Assembly: GCA_030167865.1 (NCBI GenBank)
Contig: JALAGF010003973.1
Location: 1 to 64,000, forward strand
DNA from: Craspedostauros australis
Lineage: Eukaryota
Length of the DNA stretch: 64,000 nucleotides
Direction: 5' to 3'
The notes beneath the pieces were generated by a model. It saw only the letters and a program-made list of their open reading frames with translations, was not told the DNA's origin and searched no databases. How positions within the stretch are numbered: position 1 is the first letter of the stretch; each line of letters begins with the position of its first letter. Positions 38,631 through 50,633 of this stretch are shown one piece after another. The position numbers and the translations under genes were made by a program.

Positions 38631-41600
38631 ATGAGCGTCGTCGGAGTAGACTTGGGTTTGCAGAACTCCCTCATCGCGGCCGCCGGTCGTGGTGGAGTGG
38701 ATGTCATCCTCAATGGTAACTCGCAGCGTCTCAATCCGTAAGTCCTATACCATGCCATACACCACTCTATACCACTTGTGCATATGATACTCCACGATAC
38801 GCGGCGATATCCGTTCAATGTGATCCAACCAGCATGGGAGCTGCGATACCTCCCTCGTCAGCGCGTCGTGAACAATCGATTGCGTATGCTCTGATGCGTT
38901 GTGTGGTGGCAGCAGCTGCCCCCGCGCTTCGAGAAAGGCTTTGGATAATTGACCTGTTTTTGGAACATCGTGACCGTCTGCGCACTATTCATCACACCAC
39001 CGCTCACCACTCCTCGCTTTCAAACTTTTAAATCAATCCAATCTCCTTCTGAATGACACACATGCCTGTACGGCCAAGCATGTACACGGACGCTTCCATA
39101 CCCACCATCCTTCAACAATGCTACTCCGCTACTGACGACGACAATGGGAATGTCCGGCGCTGTGACAATTTGGGAAAACATTTGTTGACGATGCGGATTT
39201 TGGAAATCATCCAACGGTCTCAAATCGATGGCACGTTCATCCATCACTCTCCGCCAATCGATCAATCGATCAATGGATACACCAACGATGGGCTGTGGCG
39301 ACGATTCAAACCATCTTGTCAATCAATTCACCTCAATCCAACCCAACCAAATGAACGAATGGATGAATGAATGAAATGATGAACCAATTCATCCAAACGG
39401 AAATGCAATCGGTATCATCATGTGGTCCCAACAACCCATTGCTGCCAACCACCACCAACAACAAATGCGATCATGGCCGTACTTTCTCATTCCGTCATGT
39501 TATGCTGTATCACAATTGTGCACGAGCAGATCCATGGTTGCATTCGGAGACGCACGAAAGGTGGGAGAGCAGGCCGCCATGAGCGCCTCCTCCAACTACA
39601 AAAACACAATCAAGCACATGAAGCGACTTGTGGGTCTGGCATTTGATGATCCACGCGCGCAGGAGGAGCTCAAGACAGTTCCATTCACCTGCGTTCCCGT
39701 CGAGCACAAGCTCGGAGGCCCAGCCTCCGTCGGAGTCAAGGTCACGTACAACCACGAGGAGACCGTCGTTCCAGTCGAGGCCGTCTGCGGTATGATGCTT
39801 CACCACATGGGAATTATCGCGGCCGAGAAGGCGGCAGCAACCGCGGGCACCACCGACGCCAAATCCGTCAAGGAGCTCTTCCCGCAGGACTGGGTCATCG
39901 CCATCCCATCCTACTACAACGACGCCCAGCGACGGGCCCTGCTCAGCGGCTGCGAAATTGCTGGAATCACCGGCGTGCAGAGACTCATGCACGAGAGCAC
40001 AGCCACCGCGCTGGCCTACGGAATCTTCAAGGACATCCGCAAGGAATTTACCAAGGAGGACCCAACCAACGTCATGTTCATCGACATGGGCGCATCCGCC
40101 TACACCGTCTCCATCGCCGCATTCGAGCCAGGCAAGCTCTCCGTCAAGTCCTGCCATTGCGATGCCTACTTGGGAGGTCGTGATTTCGACAAGGTCATCT
40201 CGGAGAGCGTCGCCGCCAAGTTCGTGGAGAAGTACTCCAAGAAGCTCTCTGGCAACCCAATGGAGCGCCCAAAGGTCGTGCTCAAGATCTACAAGGCCGC
40301 CGAGAAGGCCAAGAAGACGCTTTCGCCGCAGGGAGTCAAGGAGGCTTCCATCAACCTCGAATGCTTGATGGACGACCTCGATTTCAACACCAAGGTCACA
40401 TCCTCGGAGTACGAGAAGCTGTGCGAACCATTGCTCGCCAGACTCGAAGCACCCGTCAAGGCAGCCTTGGCTGAGGCCAAATTGAGCGCGAGCGACCTGT
40501 CTTCCGTCGAGATCGTCGGAGGATCCACCCGTATCGGATGCGTCAAGAGAAAGCTGCAGGAGATTTTGGGAACCACCCTCTCCACCACCATGAACGCCGA
40601 CGAGGCCGTGGCCCGCGGAGCCGCCTTGCAGTCCGCCATCCTCTCTCCACGATTCAAGGTCCTTCCATACGAAATCGTCGAGTGCCAGCCAACACCAGTT
40701 AAGCTGGCCTGGGAGGAAGACGAAGCGGAGAAGGCCGCCGCCAAGAGCGAGGGATCTGGCGAGCCAACCAACTCGGTCATCATGTTCGACCGCGGCCTCA
40801 ACTTCCCCATCGTCAGACGCGTCACGCTCCGTCGAAAGGGAGCATTCACCGTCAAGGCGAGCTACGATGATGGCGCCACAGCATTCGGCATGCCCGCCAG
40901 CGCCCCAAGAGATATCGTCTCCTTCGACATCAAGGCACCGACGGATGAGGCCAAGAAGGTCCGCGTCAACGTCAAGCAGGACATCCACGGCATCATCAGC
41001 CTCAGCTCCGCGCAGATGGTTGAGGAGATCGAGGAGGAGGCCAAGCCAGCAGAGGCAGGCAAGGAAGAGGCCAAGGCCCCCGAAGGCGAGAAGCCAGCGG
41101 AAGAGAAGAAAAAGGTCAAGGTCAAGAGAACGAACCTCGAATACACCCTCACCAGACCAATGGACTGGAGCCAGGAGGAGATGACCAAGGCAAACGAGCA
41201 GGAAGTTGCCATGGCCAACAATGATAGAGTCGTCAAGGAAACCGCCGACATGCGCAACGAGCTGGAGTCGTACATCTACGACATGCGTGACAAGATCTCG
41301 TCGGAATCCCAGCTGGGAGGCTACGCCACATCCGCAGAGAAGGAGGCCTTCCTCGCCAAGAACACCGAGATTGAGAACTGGCTGTACGAAGATGGATTCG
41401 ATGCCACCAAGAAGGTTTACGCAGAGAAGCTCGGCGAGCTGAAGGCTCTGGGTGGCCCATCCGAGATGCGTGCTTCGGAGGCCAAGGCCCGCCCAGCAGC
41501 CACCACGGCGCTGCAGCAGAACATCGAGAAGTACAAGACGTGGTTCTCAAACGCTCAGGGTGACGAGAAGTACGCCCACATCACCGATGAGGAGTTCACC

Positions 41601-41915
41601 AAGTGCCACGCCAAGTGCGACGAGGTGTCGAGCTGGGTGTACGAGATGCTGGACAAGCAGGGATCGCTGGCCGCCAACGCCGATCCGGCCTTCAAGGTCG
41701 TCGACATCAACAACAAGAACATCGAGCTCACCAACTTGTGCAGTCCCGTGATGCACAAGCCAGTGCCAAAGAAGAAGGAAGAGCCAAAGGAGGAAGCGAA
41801 GAAGGAGGAGAAGCCAGCAGAGGATGCCCAGCCAATGGACACTGAAGATGCCAAGCCAGAAGAGGGGGATGCTCCTGCGGCGGATCCACCGGCTGAAAAC
41901 ATGGACGTCGAGTAA
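38631..41915 (+). CDS. HSP110: Hsp110/SSE-type Hsp70-family chaperone (2 exons)
   Basis: Exon 1 is 38631-38737 (MSVVGVDLGLQNSLIAAAGRGGVDVILNGNSQRLNP), a phase-2 intron spans 38738-39529, and exon 2 is 39530-41915. Motifs: TATALAYG, LGGRDFD, VEIVGGSTRI, TMNADEAVARG, RNELESYIY, NWLYEDG; C-terminus MDVE. Confidence 0.95.
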
Positions 41916-43161
41916 GGCACGCATGTGGGCAACTGTAGGCACGCATGAGTGCGCATCATCACTTACAATCTAGTCTAGCACAAACACCTTTTTTAGGCTT
42001 CATCTCATGGCAGCAGCAGTAGCAGCTGTTTGTAGGCGTACTGTATGCACACTCGTATGGTGGAGCAGATACTCGTAGTTACATAGAATAGAATACGAGA
42101 ACATAGGAGCGACATTCGTAGCACTATGGTGTATGCAGCGCTACAAGAGAGGAGTGAGAGAGGGTGGCTGTACGGAGTACCAAAGAGTGGATTACTTGTG
42201 CCATCCTCGTACATTCAGGAGGTCTGATGCGTTATATGATGCATTTGTATGGCATGACATGCCGGAGCAGAGTCGACTGTATCGGAATCACTCGCACCTG
42301 CCGACCATCCCCGTCTTTTGCAGCACCACCGATCCATGGATGTGAGATGGTGATGTTTGGTTACTCCCCAATGCCACAGAGGCGTATGGTCGATCGCCGC
42401 AGATGCGGAGACCATGACAGCACATGCTGATGGTTTCAATCGTTCCACACTCACGCTCATGTACACGCTCACAACACGACATGCGCCGCACGACAGAGGG
42501 TGGGGCTGAATGAATGAGTTTGGTACGACTACTCTACTAGGTACAGAGAGCAGATGCATCAATTGCGTCGCGCACAAAAGATGGAGCAGGGCATCCTGTT
42601 GCAATGTAGGCATGCATTATGTAATACGGATGAAGAGTGCAACGAGTGCGGGCATGTATGGTGTTGTGTTGTGTTCTGTTTTTGTGTTTATCATTGCTCC
42701 CGATATATGCATTGAGACATGTCGCCATGGGAAGTGACGTGCGCACGCGGATACTGATGGCGTTGCATGTCGGTTTGATTTGTCCGCTGTGTGGCTTGAA
42801 CGCAGCAAAAATGATGGTGGAGACAAAGTTCGACGGACCGGAAGGCATGAAGAGCGCCTCGATGTTCTTGCAGACGTTTGTGTGCGTTGTGGATGAACTG
42901 ATGGTGGAGTCTCGAGAGCAGGTCGTATGGAGGTTTTGTGGGTTCTATCGCCATGATTGCGACTTGTACCGTACCATAGTCGTACTCTGCCATTGTCGTC
43001 ATGTGCTTCGCTGCTCCTCGTGGCCGTCACGAGCCCTGGTCTCTGTGTCTATGTCTCTCTCTCTCTCTTTGTTATCATGTCATGAAATAGTTCTCTCCCA
43101 TTTCCTGCACTCTGCTTGTTGTGCTGTGTCATGGTCTGCCGATAGTCAAGTCGAGTCTGGT

Positions 43162-43554
43162 CTAATCAAAATCTGCGGCATTCAAACCACACTCCTCCAT
43201 GAAGGCCTGATGCCGAAAGTCCGCCAGCTCTTCATCCGTCCAAAAGCACTTGTCCGCCACCGAGTTGCTCATGAAGGAGATGCGCATGACGTCGATGTCG
43301 TCGCTGAACTTGATCCCCGCCTTGGCCATCTCCTTCTTCATGGCGATGGACTTGCGTAGATTGCGCAACGAGTCGCGTGTGTGGACGGAGCCTCGCACCG
43401 GTTTGCCTGGATCATCTCTCAGGGGAGCATCCTCCATGAGGCTGCCGAGGGTGATGCTTTGATCTCTCTTGGTGCGCTTGGATTTCTTGAGGATGGATTG
43501 CGGGCTGCCCATCGGCGGCGTCGACTGTGAGGATGTTTCTGTTGTGTCTGCCAT
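43162..43554 (-). CDS. Hypothetical 130-aa protein with SILKK and IKF...FW...E motifs
   Basis: ATG-initiated ORF containing QSILKKSK and GIKFSDDIDVMRI...CFWTDEELADFR. Confidence 0.7.
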   Translation of the reverse strand: MADTTETSSQSTPPMGSPQSILKKSKRTKRDQSITLGSLMEDAPLRDDPGKPVRGSVHTRDSLRNLRKSIAMKKEMAKAGIKFSDDIDVMRISFMSNSVADKCFWTDEELADFRHQAFMEECGLNAADFD

Positions 43555-44957
43555 GGTGCTTGTTGTATTCGTATGTGTTCGTATGTATTATTATACTATG
43601 ATAGGATATATAATATTATACTATTGTATTCTATTCTATTGTATAATAATATAATGTGGTAATATACGAAAGCTGATGGTGGTAGGCAATCGTATGGTAT
43701 GAGTGTTTCGTAACGTTCTCTGTATCGCGATGCGTTTTGTTGGCGTGCTGCTGCTTTTGTGAGGGTGCGGATGAGTGAGGATGGGACCTCACCGCGTTGC
43801 GACCACCTCCGCACTCTGCCTTCCCTGGTTGCTTCATCTTGTTCCTGTGTTCGTTCCCGGTGTTGGTTGGCCCTGCCATCAAACCGCATGGACCATGCAA
43901 ATGTCATGCACCACCAGTCTTCGGACACCATGGATCCAAGTACTACACACCGTTCTGTTTCTCATCTTGCCCAAAATCGTGATCTCCCTCTTCGTTTTAC
44001 GATCACGGGCACGCTGAGAGATTTCGCAATGATCCCCCCACACGTACATGAACGACATAACAGCATTTCTGTCAATCACGGACTCTTATGAAGGCCAATT
44101 ATGTCAAAGACGACGTTCCTGAGGCTTCGATGCGAATCAGTTGGATCTATCTCAGAACCTGATACGGAGGCTATGTGTCGTTGTCCTCCGTCTTCTGGCT
44201 GGAACGAGAGCCACCGCAAATCCAGGTAGAAGCGCAAACCACGGCTTGTCCGTGAAGTCAGGGACAGTCGACATCTCCGATTAAAAACATGGGCAGAAAT
44301 AGTCTCTACGTGTCGAAACAGAACATACCGGATGGATGACAGACACAGTACCTGCCTATTAGAAATTGTGTGTTTTTATCCTTCGGAGAAATAATCACGG
44401 ATAAATATGGTTGTTCGTATCGCCCAGCTTGCCTCGACGTCATCGTGACATCATGATGACATAGCTGAGCGCAGTTTCATCCAATGAAACTGGTTGGGGA
44501 ATGACAGCAACTGTCCACGCGTCAGACGTCAACACGAAAAAACAAACACAGAATCGAAGCAAAAGAAGAAAGAAGAATGAAGAGATACGTTCGTGAACAT
44601 CCACCTGTCGCTGGTTGGGTGAGGGCGTCGCCTCTTGCTTCAACCTCTGTCAGCCACACCCAAGTGCCGACCCCAAATCCAAACAGGAGAAGAAGAATAA
44701 CGAATAGAACAAGCACAAGCACAACAAAAGCACAAGCACAACTACAAGGCAGAAACAGAACAGTGAAGAGGAGAGAAAGGGAACTGTTGTCGTGATCACA
44801 ATCTTCATCCATCCATCCATCCATCCATCCAAACAAGCAAGCAAACAAGCAAGCAAAGTCAGAGAGGAAGAGTTGACCATTGTCAAAGCACCAATAGAGC
44901 ATTTCTTCGCGCCAGTCCTCTCATTCATCTCTTGCACAGCACAACGTCGCCAACGAG

Positions 44958-46540
44958 ATGAGGCAATACTCAATTGCGTTCTGCGTGCTGTCTTCAGCAG
45001 GTTTGCTGTCCATGACACCGAACAACGGCGGTTGCGTTCTGGGGTGGGTGTCAACGTCAACGTCAACGGTGATGCCAAGACAGACACCAGTTGTCAACTG
45101 CCCTCAATCCTCGTCCTTTGCATTATCACCATCCGCAAATGCACGACAATGGCAAGGCAGAAGGACGACGGCGCTGCAAGGCTGGGGTCAGAGGCAGACC
45201 GCCGTTTCGAAATCTACCACCAAGAACACCGGTAGTATCAATGGCAATAGCGGGAATGATCAGAGGAAGACCTCCACCACAGCGTGGAGCAAGCCGTCGC
45301 TGGCATGGATGTCGGATGATGCCACTCTGGATGCTGCTGAATCAGACGCATCGTCATCATCTGCATCGTCATCTTCTTCAATCATGACGAACAAGAATGA
45401 CTACCTGCAAAACCGAAGGGTGGGCATACCGAAGAGCAGCAGTCGCAGCACACAGAAGGAACTGGAAGTCGCAGCACTGGACGTTGTGGATGCTGACGCA
45501 GATGGCAACAGCAATGCAGCACCCATGGCCTTGGTGGGTGCTTTCGTCGTGGGTTCTGTCGCGGTTCTCGCCAACTCCTTCGATCTCAGGTGAGTTGGAT
45601 GATGTTGTGTTCTGTTGCATGTTGTGTATGTGCTGTGCGTATATGAGTATGTGCTGTGCGTATATGAGTATGTGCTGTGCGTATATGAGTATGTGCTGTG
45701 CGTATATGAGTGTGTGCAATGCAGCAACTGCAACAGCAGTAGCAAGCACAACCGATCACAGCGATCGTGTGTCACCGAACCATCCATACGCACCCACGCC
45801 TCTTTTCTCATCATCATCAACATCTGTCACTACATGTACTTGTCCTTGTACTTGCTCTCCATCGTACCTTCCCAAAACGCAGCCCAAATGATGTCATCCA
45901 AACCGCGCAGACCGTCATGGACGACCCCACCATGGCACTGGAACGAGTGGTCGATGCAGTGGCGTCGATGGGCCCGCTGGGCGCCGTCTACTTCGGCGTT
46001 GCATACACCATCGCAGAGATCCTGGCCATCCCGGCCATACCTCTCACAGCATCGGCCGGATACCTCTTCGGCCCCGTCCAAGGCACCGGCGTCGTCCTCG
46101 TCAGCGCCAGCATCGCGGCGGCCATCAGCTTCCTCATCGGACGCACCCTACTACGGGACTACGTCGAGGGCGTCCTGCAGGACTTTCCCAAATTCGCCAA
46201 GATCGACAAGGCCATCGGCAAGGAGGGATTCAAGCTCATGTTCCTGCTGCGGTTGAGTCCCGTCTTTCCCTTCGCATTGAGCAACTACCTCTACGGCGCA
46301 TCCTCCATCAACTTCAGCGCCTTCTTTTGGGGCACGCTGCTGGGCTTTGCGCCGGGTACCATGGCCTACGTCTACACGGGCTACGTGGGCAAGGCCCTCA
46401 CGACGGAAGGCAGCGAGGTGTATCCTTGGTACTTCTACGTCGGCGGATTGGCGTTGCTGTCGGGATTGATCAAGGTCTTGGCGGATACGGCGACGAGGAT
46501 CGTCGACGAGTTGGATGATGAGGATGCGAATGTTCCTTAG
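44958..46540 (+). CDS. TVP38/TMEM64 (DedA/VTT, SNARE-associated) membrane protein, probably plastid-targeted (2 exons)
   Basis: Exon 1 is 44958-45589, a phase-2 intron GTGAGT..GCAG spans 45590-45882, and exon 2 is 45883-46540. Motifs: AIPAIPLTASAGYLFG, LLRLSPVFPFALSNYLYG, GTLLGFAPGT. Confidence 0.88.
45626..45709. repeat. Intronic minisatellite: 4 perfect copies of the 21-mer GTATGTGCTGTGCGTATATGA
   Basis: Directly visible head-to-tail tandem array without spacers. Confidence 0.95.
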
Positions 46541-47161
46541 AGTAGAGGTCTGTGCATGTCGGTGCGAAAACGAAGCGAGTTTGGTGCGCATGCATGTTCT
46601 GGCTCGGGCGCATCTCTTGAGAATGCTCGGGCATACGCACGTATGTGTGTGCGCATGCACAGCTAACGAGACCTGAGCTGACCTGGCCACTCAATTGCAT
46701 GTGCACTCGTAGAGTAAGCTCAAATAAGGAATGCATCACAGTTAGCAGAAGAATGAGTGGAGTCATCGATGGGAGTCGAGACGTATTTGTACTTCGCCAC
46801 GAGATCCATTGGTTGCCTTTCAATGTGCACATTGAAAGCACGTATGTGTCGTGCTCCGACTATGATGGTTGTCGTTCGTCTCATCATCAATGCGATGTGG
46901 TTGACCACGTTGCTCTACATGCGCGACCGTGCTCTATTCTACTCGTACGCTGTCGTTCCATTAATGCTTCTCTCGTTCAATTTATATTTACAGTGCAGTC
47001 ACAACCTTATGGTCTGCAGGTAGGATTATAGACACCCCATGTTTACTTCTGGAGTGTGCGTGTGTGTGCGATTGCTGGTGCTTGATGTACCATAGCTGTT
47101 GTTGCTGTGGCCGTTACGTTCGTACGTTCGCGGCGTATTGTGCGTACGTGTCTACCAATGC

Positions 47162-49158
47162 TTACTCATCGTCCAAATCACGTGCATTGAACTTATCCTT
47201 GGTGGCACCGCATTCGGGACACTTGAATCCCTCTCCGTAGAACTTGTCCTCGCGACCCTTGGCAATGAACAGCGTGAATCCGCACTCGCCGCATTCGTAC
47301 ACGTTGCTGGTGACTTCGTTGTCGTCGCTTCCATTTCCACCCTCGTCCTGGCCGATGGCGTTTTCTGGGTCCTTGAGCTCTCCTTCCTTGGTGATTGGAT
47401 TTCCCTTGGCATCGTACTTCTGCGACTGTCCTCCGTACATGATCTCTCTCATGGACTTGAAGCCGGTCTTGGCCTCCTCTTCGAAGATGGCCGTGGCGGT
47501 CTCTTCATCCAAACCAAGCACCTTCCAACCTGGGGTCAACGATGTCTGGTCGTGTCCAGCTGCCTGGATGGTGGCTCTGTAGGCTGCCTCACCCATGGCC
47601 CTGCAATTGCAAATACAGTTGTGTGGAGTAGATCAGAATCATACACATGCGAACACACACGAGCGCATGCCAACGTGTTTGTACACGACCGCATTGAATG
47701 TCCCGTGACAGTAACAGTAACATTGACAAAGGCAGAAGCAAGAAGAATGGATGAGACAGCGAATTGCAGGATGAGATGAATTGTCCACGAAATTTGTGCG
47801 CAAGTATCACACAGAGCACGCATCAAGCATCATGACGCGTGTGCACTTACTGCTGGGAAGTCTCGACAAGTGTTTCCGCCACCGTCTGTTCTCTGTAGGT
47901 GGCCTTGATCATGTCCTTGATCGGCTCCAGGGCGGCCAAACCCTCTGAACTTTGCAGGATGCGGGATCCGAGGAAGAGGAGCTTGCCGGAGCTGGAAATC
48001 TTCTCTCCGCCGAGGGCACGGCACAGCGAGACGAGGATTTGGGCTGCGCGTTCTTCGGAGAGGTCGAAGAGGCTGAAGACTGTGGAGAGGGATCTGTGGT
48101 GATATTGAGTTGAGTTGGGGCGTTGCGCGTTGTCGTCGTCATCGATTCATCATTTTGATCGGTACAATGAATGGATGAATGGCAGTGATGGGAATGAGAA
48201 TGATGTGCAGAGCAAGGAGGAAAGTGGAGAGAATGTGAGAGAATGCTGTGCCCAAAGCGACCATTGATACACGCACAGGCTTCATTGAAAAGAAATAGTT
48301 GACGAATACAACGATGCAATGGCGCATGAATGCATGCTGAACCCACTTGATTGCCTGTGGCGAGACGGTCTTCTTCTTGGCGTAGAGCTGCAAGTACCGC
48401 TTGAGCATGACCTCTGCCTTCTTGGGTCCCAAAAACATGAGCTTCTTGCTGTACGTGTTGAAGCATAACCTCATCTCGTCATCGTTGCCATCGTGGTGCA
48501 CCATCTCGCTGGCGAAGCTGTCGAGAGTGGTGTCGAGGGATGCCGTGGCGCGCTCGGCGGCGCGGTTGAAGACCCATCGCGAACCGGCAAAGACCAGGAT
48601 GGATGGCAGGATGAAGGTGCCGATGACATCCTGCAGGTCCATCTTGCGCAGACGGGCCTCCATGTTCTCCGAGAAGGTTCCCTGGTTGGGATTCGCCAGG
48701 CGCTGGGCCTGCGCCTTGACCTCGGCGAGGCCCATGTCGGCGTAGGGATCCGCATCGGGCGTGGCGGCGTCGGTGTCTGCGTCTCCGACGATGGCGTTGT
48801 AATCCTCCATGTTGTCGGGGCTGGCGGCGGCCGTGCTGGCGAGGAGGACCTGCTTGGAGCCCGCACCGCCGACGAGGATCTGACGTCTGGAGGGGGTGGG
48901 GGTGAATGCAGGCTTCTGCTGCGATCCGTCGAAGTTTCCCTCGCCGAGGAGGTAGTCGAATTCATTGAGATCGAACGCCTCGCCCCCTTGCTGCTGCTGT
49001 TGCGACATGAAGAGACCGACACGCTGCTGCACCATCTGCCGCTGGGACGTGGCGGTGAAGGCGGCTGGCGCGAAGGCCTCCACTCCGACGCGGTTGGCAT
49101 CATCGTGGATGGCAGCGGCGGCCATGAACAGGACGACGGCAGCGCTCGATTTTCTCAT
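47162..49158 (-). CDS. Plastid-targeted membrane-anchored helical protein with C-terminal rubredoxin-like domain (3 exons)
   Basis: Exons 49158-48347, 48093-47851 and 47600-47162 join in frame through GT-AG introns. Leader has VEA-FAP. One TM segment (VIGTFILPSILVFAG). C-terminus YECGECGFTL...FKCPECGATKDKF. Confidence 0.85.
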
Positions 49159-49262
49159 TGTGGCTTGCTGTTGGATGTTGGATGGAGAGACGCAAAGTTG
49201 CTCTGTCTATTCGTCTGTGTGAATCTTGCTTGCTTCGCTTCTTGTGTTGTTATAATATAATA

Positions 49263-49307
49263 TTTGTGATTGCGACTACTGTTTGTGATTGCGACTACTG
49301 TTTGTGA
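49263..49307. repeat. Short tandem duplication (19-mer TTTGTGATTGCGACTACTG x2.4)
   Basis: Directly visible, upstream of the rubredoxin-fusion start codon. Confidence 0.8.
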
Positions 49308-50633
49308 GTGGGATGGAGGTTGTGATCGATCGGCCTTGGTTGGCTTCGTTTGCGCAAAGGAAGATCGGCTTCGGCACTGAACTCTATTTTGTGATGATGG
49401 TTGCGTAGCGTTGTCGTGTGTTGCACGATCCGATACGTTGTGATTGTGCGTGTGCGATTTTCTTGTCGGTGTTGATGTTGCGTGAGTTGCGCTTTCTTGA
49501 TTGGTTCCACCTGGACGTCACGCAGCTGAATAGTCGACTCGAATGATCAAAAGTCCCTCCTTCGACCGCCAAACCAAACACCACGTCTGTCTGTCTATCC
49601 GCCCGTCCACCGAACGAGAAAAGTCCCACGAGGTTTGTGTCGTCGTGGTCATGGCAAGCGAACGTTGTGTTGCTGTACTGGGCAGCGACAACACGAAGCA
49701 TCGTGACGAAACAGCAACAAAGACGAGGAACAGGAGGTGGGAGCAGAAGGGCGCGTAAGAGCGCAGTGCGGGGACTCGTGCTGTGGTGGCGCAGTGACTG
49801 GCAACGACGGCACTGTTGAGAGGCAACAGCAACAGCAGCAGCAGCAGCAGCAAGAACAGGCACAGAGAAGACAGAGACTGTGCATGAATCACAACAACTT
49901 ATGTGTTGTGTCGATCGCCAGACATTCTCAAACGTTGGCAGAAGACAAAGCAGATAGAGAGACCGATAGAGACCAAGAGATCGAGGGTTGGACTTGGGGC
50001 CTCTAGAGAGAGAGAGAGACCAGAAGCACGATACCCACCTGTGCTCTTGGGGCCTGCTCGATCCTTGCCCAATCCGTCCATCCACAGCTTTGATCACATC
50101 TGAAACACAGACACAGCCACAGATACAGCCACGGATACAATCGCAAGCAGAGTCGCGGACACGCCAAGCAGGCACCTGCGATCACTGCGTTGCCTGCTGC
50201 GGCCTGCGAGATAAAGACAGAGACACAGCGGCAGGGGCACCACCATCGTCCGCTGACGCATCTTCCAACGGAAGGAGACTCACCCCAAAAACAGAAGCGC
50301 GAGTCTCCCTTTGTTCTTCGTGCTTTGCTTGTGCTCGCCTCTTGACCCACGCGCGCTTCGCTGTCAAAGATCGTTCTCAATTTCGGTGATTCAGCACCAA
50401 GGGACAGCAGAGTTGCCCACGAGAAGGAGTCTGCACAAGCACCCAAACAGGTCGACAGAAGACAAAGGACGGAGGACAGAGTGCAGTGCCACGCACGATA
50501 GGCCATTGGTCGCAGACCGTCCACGTCCGCGCACATCGCGTTGGCACCGTTCGCCCACACACGAACCCCGCGCACTACATAGTGCACCATAGTACAGCGC
50601 AGCTCGCTCAGCTCCGCCTGCAGCTATCGCACC

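Noticed and set aside
39370-39529. Box C-like ATGATGA in the Hsp110 intron as a C/D snoRNA
   Set aside because: No downstream CTGA box D within the intron, and the motif sits in a simple ATGA-rich tract.
39510-40988. 492-aa antisense ORF opposite Hsp110, and similar shadow ORFs opposite other genes
   Set aside because: An expected by-product of strong C/G third-position bias, well known opposite Hsp70-family genes.
42691-43002. 103-aa minus-strand ORF downstream of the 43162-43554 gene
   Set aside because: No motif or strong codon bias. It may be 3' UTR.
45626-45709. 21-bp repeats as a CRISPR array or a coding repeat
   Set aside because: No spacers and no cas genes. The array lies inside a GT-AG intron, so it is a plain minisatellite.
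49388-49480. GTGATGATGGTT resembling the start of U14 snoRNA
   Set aside because: The U14 18S-complementary domains and a properly placed box D are absent.
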